Shown here: positions 36,901-50,432 of the stretch, piece by piece
Numbering within the stretch: position 1 is the stretch's first letter
How the letters are laid out: each line of letters starts with the position of its first letter
Origin: Dimorphilus gyrociliatus
Lineage: Eukaryota > Animalia > Annelida
Assembly (NCBI GenBank): GCA_904063045.1
Contig: CAJFCJ010000006.1
Span: 806,001 to 870,000, forward strand
DNA length: 64,000 bases
Reading direction: 5' to 3'
Program-made: the position numbers and the translations under genes
Notes under the pieces: generated by a model
The model's database searches: none
What the model saw: the letters and a program-made list of their open reading frames with translations, nothing else
Told to the model about the DNA's origin: nothing

Positions 36901-37934
36901 TATTATTCTTGAATTTTCTTCTAGATCTTTCAGAGTTCTACAAATCTTGCTGCCGACCTAAGCTTAGATCACCAAAGGCAGCATATCCAAGGTTTACTAG
37001 AAAAGGTAATCATATTTATAGTAGGCGATATTTAGCACTTATTTTAAAATGTTATTGTAGATAATTGAGAAATGTACTTGTATGCAACAATTATTTCTTG
37101 GAATATCTGAAAAAGACAACATTTCCGTTCTTCAGTTGAAACTTTGTGCGCAGAGTATTCAATTATGCTCATTTTTACAAACTCGAGCTGACTGTAAATC
37201 ATTGTGTATTAAATTTCTTAAAATTGTCAGTGATTTTAAAGGGTAAAGTTCTAGCAATTTTATTATAAACAAAAATTTTTATTTTCCTTAATTTTCCCAT
37301 TAGAAAACTGTCTTCATGTTCATTCAAGCCTTCTCGTTTCACTTTGAACCTCTTGAAAAATTTAAAGAAATTTGAGAGCTGTGATCCTAATGTATTTCGT
37401 TCGACATTGTTACCTTTGCTATCGATGTGTAGACAGAATATAAATGTCTTACAAGTTAACAACACTTTACATAAGTAATTTACTTAGTTCCCCTCAGCTT
37501 CGTATCTTATATACATTTTCCATTTCAGAATACAAGCTTCCATACAAGAACCTCAAGACAGCTCTGACGTTCAGTACAAGTTCACTTGTGGGTTAATAAC
37601 TTCTATACCTGTTCATGCAATAATCGAAGAGATCGAAGATCCAAGTCGAATAAGAATTCAAGTTACCTATCCAGATCAGCAAAGATCAGTTATCATTCCC
37701 CGTCTTGAAGACTTTCGGCAAATTTCTCCTTCAAAATATAACTTAAAAACGAAAGCTTTATTATGCCATAGTGCATGGACAGACGCAGCTCACGTAGAAA
37801 TTGCCGTTGTACTGATTAGAGACACTCATGACGAACTGCTTGTTTCCAAATTAAAAGATCGGACGAACCAAACGTTAGAACTATGCGATGTAGTCAAAGT
37901 AAAAATACTTCCTGACAATGTCCGAAAAACTTGA
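33934..37934 (+). CDS. INTS4: Integrator complex subunit 4, many short exons
   Basis: HEAT-repeat motifs DQDSRVR, DDYEKVR, DDGFAKLC, GEWSTGKKWADDAPKE, GACGAFVHGLEDEF, MMNDEIEDVR and LHPYFDTPEPD. Confidence 0.93.
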
Positions 37935-38151
37935 TTTATCTCAAAAATAATTTTAATTTAAAGTAATAAAGTACTTTTTGATGAAATTGGAAAATTTGTT
38001 TGAGGAACATTTTAATTGCTTAGCCAAGAAAACTATTTTTTTATTTAATTTAAAAAAAAAAGAAAAATATAAAACAATAAACAGTTTGCTTTAATAGTTC
38101 ATGAACAATCTTTGAAGTAGCACTCATAATTAATTGCATAAATTGCAATAG

Positions 38152-39483
38152 TTATTTAGTCTCGTTTAACTCAATTTCACTTGTTTTGTCTGGAAGGTCG
38201 CCATTTTTTCGAATTTTTCCCCTTAAAAATTTACCACCAGCGAAACCTAACGTTTTATAGTAGGAGGTGAAAATGAAATATATGCTTTAATTTAAATCAT
38301 ACCAGCAATCCCGCCTCCTACGGCAGCTGCAGCCCCGAGTTTCAATCCGGCCACAAGACCGACGGGACCACCGACGCATCCACCAATTAATGCTCCACAA
38401 AAAGGATATACAGCAGTTTTATATTTTACAGCCTGTTGTTTTATTAGTGTATAAATAATGTGTTTATTTTAAGAACAGTAAACCAGCTCACTTGTTTTAA
38501 GTAACTTCTACCAACTGATACGTTTTCTTCCGTTCTTGCAACGTTTTCCTCTATACCATCTACTTTCGCTTTTTGATCCTGGAAATGAAAACAGGTACAA
38601 AAAGCACCAGAATAAATATCAATCTTACTGATATAGCTACATGAAACGCCTCCATTATCTCCTGGACTTCGTTTATGCTCTAAAATAAATTTTTTTATTT
38701 TCTTTATTTACATTAAACATTTTCGAACCTTTCCAAGTTCAAGGCACTGTTTTTCATTTTCCTTTATTATTTCAAGGTGATGTTGGTCAACAGTGGCCAA
38801 ATCTTGTAGAGTTGAGTTCTCTTGACTTGATATCAATGATTCGTCGAGATCAGATGATTCGTTTGATGATCGTCTACCACCTGATAATAGCCTTCAAGAA
38901 GTAAGGAATAAAATTAAGTCAAGACCAACCATCGGCAAACAACAATGATTTTTCGGAAACTTCCTTCAATTGATTATTACAATCTAGCGTTGCTTTATTA
39001 AAAAAGGTATCGAACTCTTCAAGATCCTCATCGCGCACCTTATGAAAAATATATATAGTATTTGTATATACAGTATTAAGTTATTATTAAAAGTTAAATA
39101 GTTAATATTGCAAGAATCCTTATAAAAATATATTGAGCCCTATGAAAAAGAAATCAATAAAAATTGTAAACATACATGTTTCCTAGAAATTTTTAATCGT
39201 TGTATAATATCCTTCAACTGATTTACTGATCTCTGAGTATTAATTTGTTCTTTTTTTACATTTTTAAAATCATGTGAGTGATAAAACTGAAAAATATCTT
39301 TGATAAATTGATAAATTGTTCACTATCACCTAAGTTATTTTATAATACCTCTTCCAGATTTTCAATATGATTCTTTAATCGATTTAAACCGATTTCTATA
39401 TCTGAACTAAAGCTGGTTATCGTTCTTTTAAGTTGAAGAATTGAATATTTTTGCACCATTTCTTGATTATTTTTCTTGTCCAT
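38152..39483 (-). CDS. STX17: Syntaxin-17 (autophagosomal SNARE); not in the ORF track
   Basis: C-terminal glycine-rich hairpin TM (GALIGGCVGGPVGLVAGLKLGAAAAVGGGIAG) preceded by a SNARE-like exon. Start MDKKNNQE at 39483. Confidence 0.85.
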
Positions 39484-39935
39484 AGTACAACGTAAGCAGA
39501 TTATTTCGTTATTTATTTACTGGATCATCTGTACTATAGATCCTGACTCTTTAAAAATTAAAACAATTTGTTTTAATGATGTTTTAGAAAAAAATTCGTT
39601 TGTTTTGGGGCATTCCTAACACGTGACTCAATGGATTCTCAATTTCCGTTTCCTATAAAACATCAAGTTTTTCAAAACATATTACAAAATACCTCTAGAA
39701 TTAGTAACTTCAATTCAATTCAACACAATTATATTATGATATAAGATCATATTTTTTATTTCCTTTATGCCTAATTTAAATTTTAGAATATTATATCACT
39801 AGATCTTTATGAAAAACAGATGATATTACGTAATTTAACGAACACATTTGAAAATATCGCAAACAGTTAATTTATTTAAAAGTAAACATATAATATATAA
39901 TAATATTGACTTTTAAGTTAAATAAAATGCGATAA

Positions 39936-42900
39936 ATGTCACTCAAAGAAGAAAGTTGGGATAAAGATCATACTGTTGTGTTTATTGCAATAGTTGGTTT
40001 AGTGATCTTATTTACTCTGCTTTTATTGTACTGCTTCATTAGTTTATTATCACAATATTGTCCATCTTTTTTTATTTTACAACCAATTCGAGAAAATGAC
40101 ATGCCTTTTCTATTAACGTTGTATACAAGATTCAAATGCGCATCTGGGACAAAAATGAAAGTAAAAGTTCAATTAATTGGAAGCAATGATGAAGCTTATA
40201 CATTCAACTTAAGTCATCTAACTGAAAACTTTCCAACTGGTAGCTCTATCACATTTTTAGTTTTCAGTCCTCCAATTTTTGAAGGAATTGAAACTCTTAG
40301 ATTAATTCTAAATCCAATTCCCAACTATAAAGATGAATGGAAGCTAAAACAAATTCATGTTTATGACTTTTTAAAAGGTAAGAAAATGACTAATAACTGT
40401 GTGGTTTATTATAAATTTGATACTTTTTTAAGATAAAAATTATTACTTTAATCAATCCAATACTATAAAAACTTACAAATGTCAGGAAATGTCCATTATC
40501 ATTCCAGTATCACCTCAAACTTTGACTTCAAGTTGTAGTCATCAAATTCTCAAATTGTTTTTTGAACATCATATTTGGTTAAGAATGATTTGTTGCCTAA
40601 ATAGAAATATCCTTTTTAACAATTTCGCAACTTATAGCTTATTCATATTTCATCTATTATTACTCTTTGCAGTCTGTGCAATAGTAACAAATGCTGATTT
40701 ATATCCTGGTTTGTCTCTTCATATACTTATATCCATTATGTTTTGGACTTTTATTTCATGGCTAGTTTGCTGCATTTGTGACAGTTTTCTTAGGCATACG
40801 AAGCCGAAAGAGCAGGAATCTAAAAGAAATGCTATACATAGTGTATTTGCTCATAGCATAATATGTTTATCCTTTTTATATTCCTGCTCTAGAAATCAAA
40901 AATTAATGAACCTATGTTCAGTCAACTTGGTCAGCTGTTATCAAGTAAATTATTTAAAACAAGGCAACGAGAGGAAAAAGAGAATAAATTAGCGAAGGTC
41001 TGTTTATAATTGTAGAAGTTCTCTCAATTTTACTTTCTGTACGGATTTAGCTTCGGAAATGCAATTTATCTATGACTTCGGAATGGTACGACAGCCTACT
41101 AAAGTCAATGTCTCTGATTGATTTGGAATCTTTAGAATATTATCCTACTTTTCCAAAATATATTTCTCTTATCAATCAGACTTCACATATTCCTAATTCT
41201 GTTCAATCATTTCCAAACGTTTCTTTTGTTAAGAAATCAGTTTCATTTCAACGATTGAAAGAGAAAAAAAGTTGCCCATCACGTTTGCAGATGATGATTA
41301 CTCATCGGAGAAAAGACAAGTCAAAAATTTGTAAAAAGAGATTCATGAATACTAAAATCTGGCATGTAAAGCACTCTAAATTTAGTCAACAAATGCTAAG
41401 AATTTTTCAGTCTTATGAAATCAATAAAAAAGAGCTAATGCAAGATATCGATTCATGTGCAAAAGATATTAGATTGAAAGGACACTGGAAAGATAATATT
41501 CCCGATTTAATATTGGACGAGGTATTCTTTGTTAAATACAATATAAAAATTTGTTTATGTTTTACTTTATAAACTATTTAGTTCTGTATTGATCCTCGGA
41601 AGATAGAGGATGTCTTACAAAGAAAGTTATCATCATTTGTACTAGCCAGAAGTTTGGAAATTGGTAAAAACTTTACTAAATTCTCAAAATTCCAATCCGA
41701 AGTGAAAAATGAAATATTGAGTATTCTCTATTCAATGAATAATAAACCTCGATCAATCTTTACTAAGAAGCATTGTCCGCTTTCTAAATATACCAAATGT
41801 ATTATTGAAAGTAGTGGCGATTGGAGGAAATATGCGAAAGAACTTATAAAGTTAAATAATGAAAAAACTGAAAATTTTCTCAAAAATGTCATTGAGATCA
41901 TTCAAGCTAATGGATTTATCATATCTGAAAAGATGTTAGGCAAACTTTGTTCTGAAGTTGTTAGTTCTGTCTCTCTGCTTATCGAATTTGATTGCGAAGG
42001 ATTGTCAAACAGAGCTATTAAGTCAATGAATGCTTCGTCTACTCAAATGATTCCCAGTACAGAATTATGGAGTTTGTTAGACTCCAAAAGTGGTTGTATT
42101 TCGAAATTTTTCCAAAATAAACTTAAAAGGAAGAATTTTCTTTCATATAACAAACTTACTAGAGGAGAATCAAGGATGAAGTTCCTGGACATAAGCAATT
42201 CGCTTAAAATTGTTGTACGTGATGAAGTTAGGAGAAAAGATAAAATATTGCGAAGACTAGTCCTATGTTATGCTCTCGTATTCAACAGGAATAAATTTGA
42301 ATGTTACTTTAAAAGATGTATGACTTTAGATTTAAAAAGACAAATAGTGCGATTAGTTTGTGGAAGCATTTTCCTAGTGAGTTTTATTAATTATATCATA
42401 AGTTTTACAGTTCTAAATCGTTGATCACTTAGAATTTATCAGATGACAATGTAGTTCGGCTTTTGAAGAAAGATCTTCAACATCAAGCAAGGTAACAGGA
42501 CTAAAAGATTAATTTTACAAACTAAACATATGATTGATTTAAGATTTGACTGGATAATCAGAACTGTATTAGAGTTAGCTATAGAGAAGACTAAGAATTT
42601 GAATGATATTCCCTATTACGAGATGAAAACATTAAACTTACTTACTCAATCTATTGAGAGGTACATCTTGAAAGAATCAATCAATTCTACAGCTCGTTTA
42701 TTGAGAAATAAACTTACATTTGGAAAACAACTTCATAAAGATTATTTCAACACCAATAAAAATAATTGGACAAGTAAATCTAATTCCAATTGTTATTATA
42801 ATGAATCAAATTTGAGTTTAAAGGAAAAAAGTCTTGGTAAACCTCCATCTCTGAATCTTGAATTGGAAAATGACCTCGGTTTAATGAAAATTACACGATC

Positions 42901-43180
42901 AGAAGTTACAGAAATACAACGCTTTCTAACTGGAGCCTATAGCAATTCATTACCTTGGATTACTAACTTATATGTTTATTTCTTTATATTTTTACTAATT
43001 ATTATAGTATTTATTATATTAGCGACGATTTTTAATGATTCAAGTCATCAGCAACTAAATTTAATTTTTAAAACGTTCTTGTTTAGTTTATTGTTTCATT
43101 GTTTTTTTCTTGAAACCAGTAAAGTTGCTATTATAGTTGGTTTAAGAAACAAAATGTCCTACTCGCAACGGTTCGTTTAA
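39936..43180 (+). CDS. Truncated polycystin-1-like protein (TM1-PLAT-TM2-TM3-long loop-TM4-TM5), about 948 aa; join(39936..40377,40433..40944,41051..41521,41582..42317,42443..42491,42544..43180)
   Basis: TM1 (TVVFIAIVGLVILF), PLAT-like region (LLTLYTRFKCASGTKMKVKVQLIGS..FPTGSSITFLV..WKLKQIHVYD), EHHIWL before TM2, and LPW..TM4..FSLLFHCFFLETSKVAII (TM5). The two junctions around exon 42443-42491 are less certain. Confidence 0.72.
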
Positions 43181-43308
43181 TCTTAAGTATAAAAAGCAAT
43201 GTAACATTTAAATAGATTGATCCACTAATACGATATCAGTTCATTTATATATTGATATATTTTTTATTGGACGGAAGGAGATGACTTTATCTAATATCAG
43301 TTACCAGT

Positions 43309-44627
43309 TTATTTTATCTGTACGATTAAACGAAAAGAAAATAATTATAAATTATACTAGCAAAATTTTTTCTTTTTACCTGAGATAAAAACAAATCGAC
43401 GAGTTTACCTACAAATTCTTCTTTCCTATATATTAACCTTGAGCCTCCCGCTTGATGTATCTGTAAAATATAGATATTATTTGCATAAATTGAGACAGAA
43501 AGTTGGTTGGAATGTGATTTCGAAAATGCTAAATGGTCTTTCTAAAATTTTATAAAATTCTTACATGCAAGATAAAAAAAGGATAATTGAACTATTATTT
43601 TTAAAGTTATGGTGATCTTACCTCAAACGTCTCCTATAGATTTATATTATACATGTTTTTGTTTTTAAGTTATTTAATAAAAACGTTAATAAAAAATGTA
43701 TTATAAATAGTAATACTTACTCTTTGGACAATATCATATATTTTATTGGGTCCAAGTTCATAGCAAGCTTCTACTAACCTGGAAAAGTGGATCGAAAGAA
43801 AACTAACCATCTTTTCAAGATCGAAGATAGCAAATAGTTACCCAAGAACATCATCCGGTTTTCTGGAAACAGCTCCTTGAAGTTGTCTAAATAAAGCATC
43901 ACCAATGGCTCTATCGATTTGACCTGTATTTTCTTTGTCTAGATTTTCAAACAGTTTTTGACTTCGTTCAACGTGATCTAAAAGACAAAATAGTTCGAGT
44001 ATTATAAAAGATTAACACAGAATATTCGAACCTATAAAAACACATGCCAGAAATACACCATCTCTAAAGACATGAAAAGGAATATATTCCGCTTCTCGGC
44101 AATATATCTTCCTTAAAAGTTTTTCTGTATATTGTTGTGAAGCTTGCCTTTAAAAAGTTTTGTATAATACTGATGTATCTTAATTATTAATTATTTATAA
44201 CTTACATGCATAACAGTTGTAAAATCTCGGTATAGGATATACCCGTTACTCCCTTAGTAATAGAAGTTTTCGAACCTTGCAATTAAAAAATTCAATATGT
44301 TTAAATATTGCAAATAAGTATTGAAATAAATAAAAGGTTTCACTTTTGTGTGACATTAGCATTTCGTATGAGTCTCTAACATTTATTTTAAACGCCTCTT
44401 CATTATATGGTGTTTGCTTTATCATTTGGAAGGCTTTATTGACTTTATTTGACTTTTCTGCAGCATTTTCAAAGCTGAAAAAATATACTTAAAAAAATGA
44501 TTTTAGCTTAAACATTTAGACCTACTATTCAACTAGATAGTTAATTGGATTTTCAGGTTGATTCTGTATCAATTTCAGAATAGCTCCCCTTATTAGCAGA
44601 TTAGTTCCTGATTTCTCTGTACATAAA

Positions 44628-44658
<31 letters not shown>

Positions 44659-44823
44659 TATACATATTGTCAAGTATCATAAGTGTTACTTGTAAACAAG
44701 AGGACTATTGCTATTTAGTTATTGTTTTTAAAGAGAGTAGATTTTTATGAATTCCTTACCTAAAAATTGTTTATCAATATCTCCTTGATTGTCTGTTGTT
44801 GGTAGCTTTTTTCGGTCAGTCAT
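43309..44823 (-). CDS. TPGS1: Tubulin polyglutamylase complex subunit 1; not in the ORF track
   Basis: D/D-like N-terminus FLEKSGTNLLIRGAILKLIQNQPENPINYLVEY and LLRKIYCREAEYIPFHVFRDG, matching recalled TPGS1 motifs. The terminal micro-exon is tentative. Confidence 0.85.
44628..44666. repeat. (TA)n microsatellite in TPGS1 intron 1
   Basis: Pure, then imperfect, TA run. Confidence 0.9.
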
Positions 44824-45020
44824 TTCAATTGATTAAATTTAAATCTTACATTCTTTAACATTTCAATGCGAGTCTGCTGTAAAGTACGCAACTTCCGCTT
44901 TCCAAAGGGGCGCTTTCGAATTTGTCACTGGAAGATAAATATTATTAATATTACTATTATTTGTACCAAATTACATTATTAAAATATATTTGAATATCTC
45001 AATATTATCTAAATAAATTA

Positions 45021-48000
45021 ATGTTATTCAATAAAATATTTATTTTGAGTCTGTCATTTAGTTTCCAAAATTCCTTACGGATCAGTAATGCATTTGAAAA
45101 ACATTTAAATTTTTCCTAACCCCATTTTTATTGCTGTACATAGGGATTATAAAGAAGAAAACTTTTGAAGACTTTTTTATATGGTTGAACGATAGTATTC
45201 CAGAGGAATACTTTATAGACGGAGGAGATTTTGCTTTTGGAGCTGGTATAGCTTTAATAAAAAAATCAACATTTATTTCAATTTCTTAAATTTCCTTGAT
45301 CAGTAAAGGACCAAGTTCATTCTAAAGATGAAGTGTTTATAACTATTACACCAGACATAGAAGTCATCGGTCTACTCCAAGCTCATGGGCTACCATTAAT
45401 AGTCATTGAATGCCCCAAAATTATGCCGATCCATAGCAATATGTTTTGTCTATCGTATTCCCATTCCATTTTAAACATTATAAAAACTCAGATTAATGAC
45501 TTAGTTGAAATGGACGCAGTGCAGAATAGTTCGAAAATAGATTTAAGCGTTGTACTCGAAAGATTCTATGAAATCGGAGGTAATGTAGTTATTTTGAAAG
45601 ATAATACGAAAAATTATCTTCACAAAAAACTTCTAGTAACTACTCAAACGATAAAGAAAATATGGACTGAAATGAATAAATTGAAATTTACAGCTCTATC
45701 TTCTAAACTCGTAACACCATCAGTTACAAACTATGATCCAATGACTGAATCAGAAAGGAAGGAAAGCCTTTTTGAAAATCATACGATTGTTTTAATTAAG
45801 TTTTCTCGATTTACGCCTTATCATGTTACTTTATCATCATCAGTTGATTGGGTTGAAAATCATCAACACCATAGCTTAGTAAAAGTTGCCAAGCCTTTTA
45901 TAATGTTGTCTCATCACAATAGCATAAGGGAGGACTGTGCAAATCCATTCTATAAAAACAAACAGGACAAATGCGCAAACAATGACAATAAAGCAAGTGA
46001 ATATACAAATAGACAAGATACACTAATTCTATAATTGATTTAATTAATTCCTTAGCAGCATATTGACATATATAAACAATTGTTGGATAAACTGCAAAAA
46101 GTAATTATTTTCATTAGGAACTCTGTAGTGAATAATTCTTTGAAAGCTGATCTCCTTAGAAATCAATTGGAAGTTTGTTGATCCATTTTTAAATAGTTCA
46201 TTATATATTTTAATCAAATCATTTTAGAGGATAATCGAGAGAAAGGCTAAAGATTTTTATGAACAAAGACCTTTCAACTATACTTTAACTAAAAAAGTAA
46301 TTTACAACAATCCACTTAAACAGTTTATTGCTGCCTTTAATATAAAACCAGTATGTCTTCTTATCTGTTCTATTCTAAGTAGTTTATAAAATTGAAATAA
46401 TTTAAGAATATGATGCTTTTCAACGAAACGTCACATGGGACAACAATATCAGGAGAGAGAGTATGTAAGACTGGGTGTACTTGTCATACTGAAGCTGAAG
46501 ATCATGATATTAGTTCATTGGTAAAAAACTTTCACATCGAACTGATGGAGGTAACAAACTGTATATACAAATTATTTTATTAGTGTTATTTTTTGGCTTC
46601 TACTGTTTTATATTTAGCTTATTGCAAAAAAAATGTCAATGAAGCTTCATCTAATCGCTTCATCAAGTTCAAAAAGTTCCATAGTCACCCGAGATCAGAA
46701 AAGTGGCCATTTTAATAAAGTCTATCGAGAAATAATACAAGGCGTCATTCATACTTCCGTTGAACCCGTTCAAGTAACTAGCAAATTACGCAATATATTC
46801 GATTTTTCCATCTCTTTAAATGATGCTAAATTGGCCGTTTTGATAAAAAATGATTTATATGACAAACATATTCATTATCAACACTTGATGAATAAGAACA
46901 TTTGGATAATATCGATCTCCGTTGGAACTCTAATATTTCTAATTGTTAAGATGTCACCTTATACAAAAAGAGGAAGACTTAGTCGCCAGTTGTGGACAAC
47001 TCCAAAATTAAATGACAAGACTGACTTTCTAACGGCAATGTACACTCTTTTTGGACTCCTTTTTTCTCAAACTCGGTAAGAGAAATTTGAATTATACACT
47101 GAGTATAATTGTACTCTTTCATTGTCTTTCCTTTTAAAGATCATCCAGACCGAAAGCTTTTTCGGTAAAGTGCCTATGGTTTACATGGTGGTTGATAACA
47201 TTGGCTACTAGTTTAATAATAACTTGCAAAATGACAGAATACGCTATGGACTATTCTTTAAAAGATGAACCATATACGTTGGAGGAACTGGTGGCTGTAA
47301 AAGACTACCGTTTTGTTGTAGTCCGCAAATCAAGTATACATATAGCAATCTCGCATTTATCCAACTATGAACCATATAAACAAATATATTTGCGTTTGGT
47401 GAACAATCCTGACAGTTTAGTAGACACATGGTTCGAAGGTTTACAGATGATCAAGCAAAGCGAAAGAGGTGATAAAGTGGCTTTTATTGACACGGATAGG
47501 AAGCTTCTCAGTATATCAATGAATGAACCATGTATATATCGCGTAATAATAAGTAAACAATTGACATCATCTTTTCCGGAGGCATTTCCCTTCCAGAAAG
47601 GACATGCTCTGCTGCCTCATTTCAATAAGGCGCTGATGAATGTTTCAGAAGATGATCAGTATAAAGAACTATTTAGCAAATGGTTCCCTGATCGATGTCA
47701 ATCAAAAGAGAAATTAGAAAAATCCAGCTTCAGAACAAGTGTTCTAGATATGAAATCAATCTTGATAATATATATTGTCCTATGTACTACTTTTCTTATT
47801 ATGGCCCTTTGGTCATTTGCAACATCAAAGGAATACCGACCTAAGGTTGAAAAGTCTACTGGTGTAACTGAACAACTCGGAAATCTGAAATCATCAATTA
47901 AATCTAAATTTTACAAGACTTCAAGCCCTGCTTTGAAGCGTTCAATTGGATCAGATGATACCACACTGCTACAAGCTGATAGTAAAATTCTTTCTTCAGG

Positions 48001-48273
48001 ACAATCTATCGTAAGGTCAACGGACGAAGGAGCGTCATCTATCAACAGTGATACGCTAATGGTTGTTGATGGTAAAACGAATTTCTGCTGTATTTATTTC
48101 CAGTTGTAATAACATAAATTAATATCATTGCAGATGTTGTTTTGTCTGATCGTTCAGCTAGTGACTCTGCAAACATAAAAGTAAAGAGTAAAGATGATTC
48201 AAGTTCCAACGTATTACCAAGAAAGCCAAGAAAAGGTGCAGGTGGAAAAGTTGTTACATTTAACTTCTCTTAA
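45021..48273 (+). CDS. Divergent ionotropic glutamate receptor family member (variant IR-like)
   Basis: Signal peptide, S1 (HTSVEPVQVT..IFDFSISL), M1, pore region (FLTAMYTLFGLLFSQ), M3 (LWFTWWLITLATSLIITCKMT), S2 (PYTLEEL..EAFPFQKG..FNKAL..KWF..C), then M4. Confidence 0.85.
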
Positions 48274-48535
48274 GCATTATGAAGCTTAATAACGACTAAA
48301 CTTTGCTTTAAATCATAGTAGTTAAGAATTTAAAATTTTTGTACTTTTACTATTTAAATTACTTATGTAATTTGTTATCAAATTTCAAGTTGATTTTTTT
48401 TTCAAACATTTAAATTTAAAGTAGCAAAAAATTGATTGCTGCGAGATATTCACTGCAAACGCTGTTTAGTAATACTCTTGACATGGCACCTTACAAGTGA
48501 ATTAATTTGCCAACGGACAACTGAAAGAACAAAGT

Positions 48536-50042
<1,507 letters not shown>

Positions 50043-50370
50043 ATACTCAAGGTATTACAACTATTTAAAAAAATTCATTTTTTGAATGTTTAAAAATATG
50101 CTTGTTTTTGGTCAATTTTAAATAATTTTCCAGATGTTCTGGATAAAAAAAACAATAATTTTTTAAATTTACAGGTTACAGTCAGGGGATAGGAAATTAG
50201 CCAATGAAAATAAATATATTCTGAGCTGCAACGATACGTGTGAAAGTCAGAGAAGTCCAAATAATACAATATAACACTCTTTATTAATATTATTTATGAA
50301 ATGTATATATAAAATAATATAAATCTGAACTTTGGTTAATTATTGTTTACTTTTAAAAGCTCATTAAACA

Positions 50371-50394
50371 TATATATATATATATATATATATA
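50371..50394. repeat. (TA)12 microsatellite between the RNF121 and CFAP65 3' ends
   Basis: Pure TA run. Confidence 0.9.
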
Positions 50395-50432
50395 GTAATT
50401 GTTCCACTCTTATTTCAGTTTATACAGGTAAA

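Noticed and set aside
37270-37305. TTCCTTAAT U12-like branch point in an INTS4 intron
   Set aside because: The donor is gtaaag, not the U12 consensus RTATCCTT. I found no U12-type donor at any mapped junction.
38892-38940. Apparent 38-nt intron in STX17
   Set aside because: Phase analysis requires the upstream gtttgc donor, which gives an ordinary 49-nt intron.
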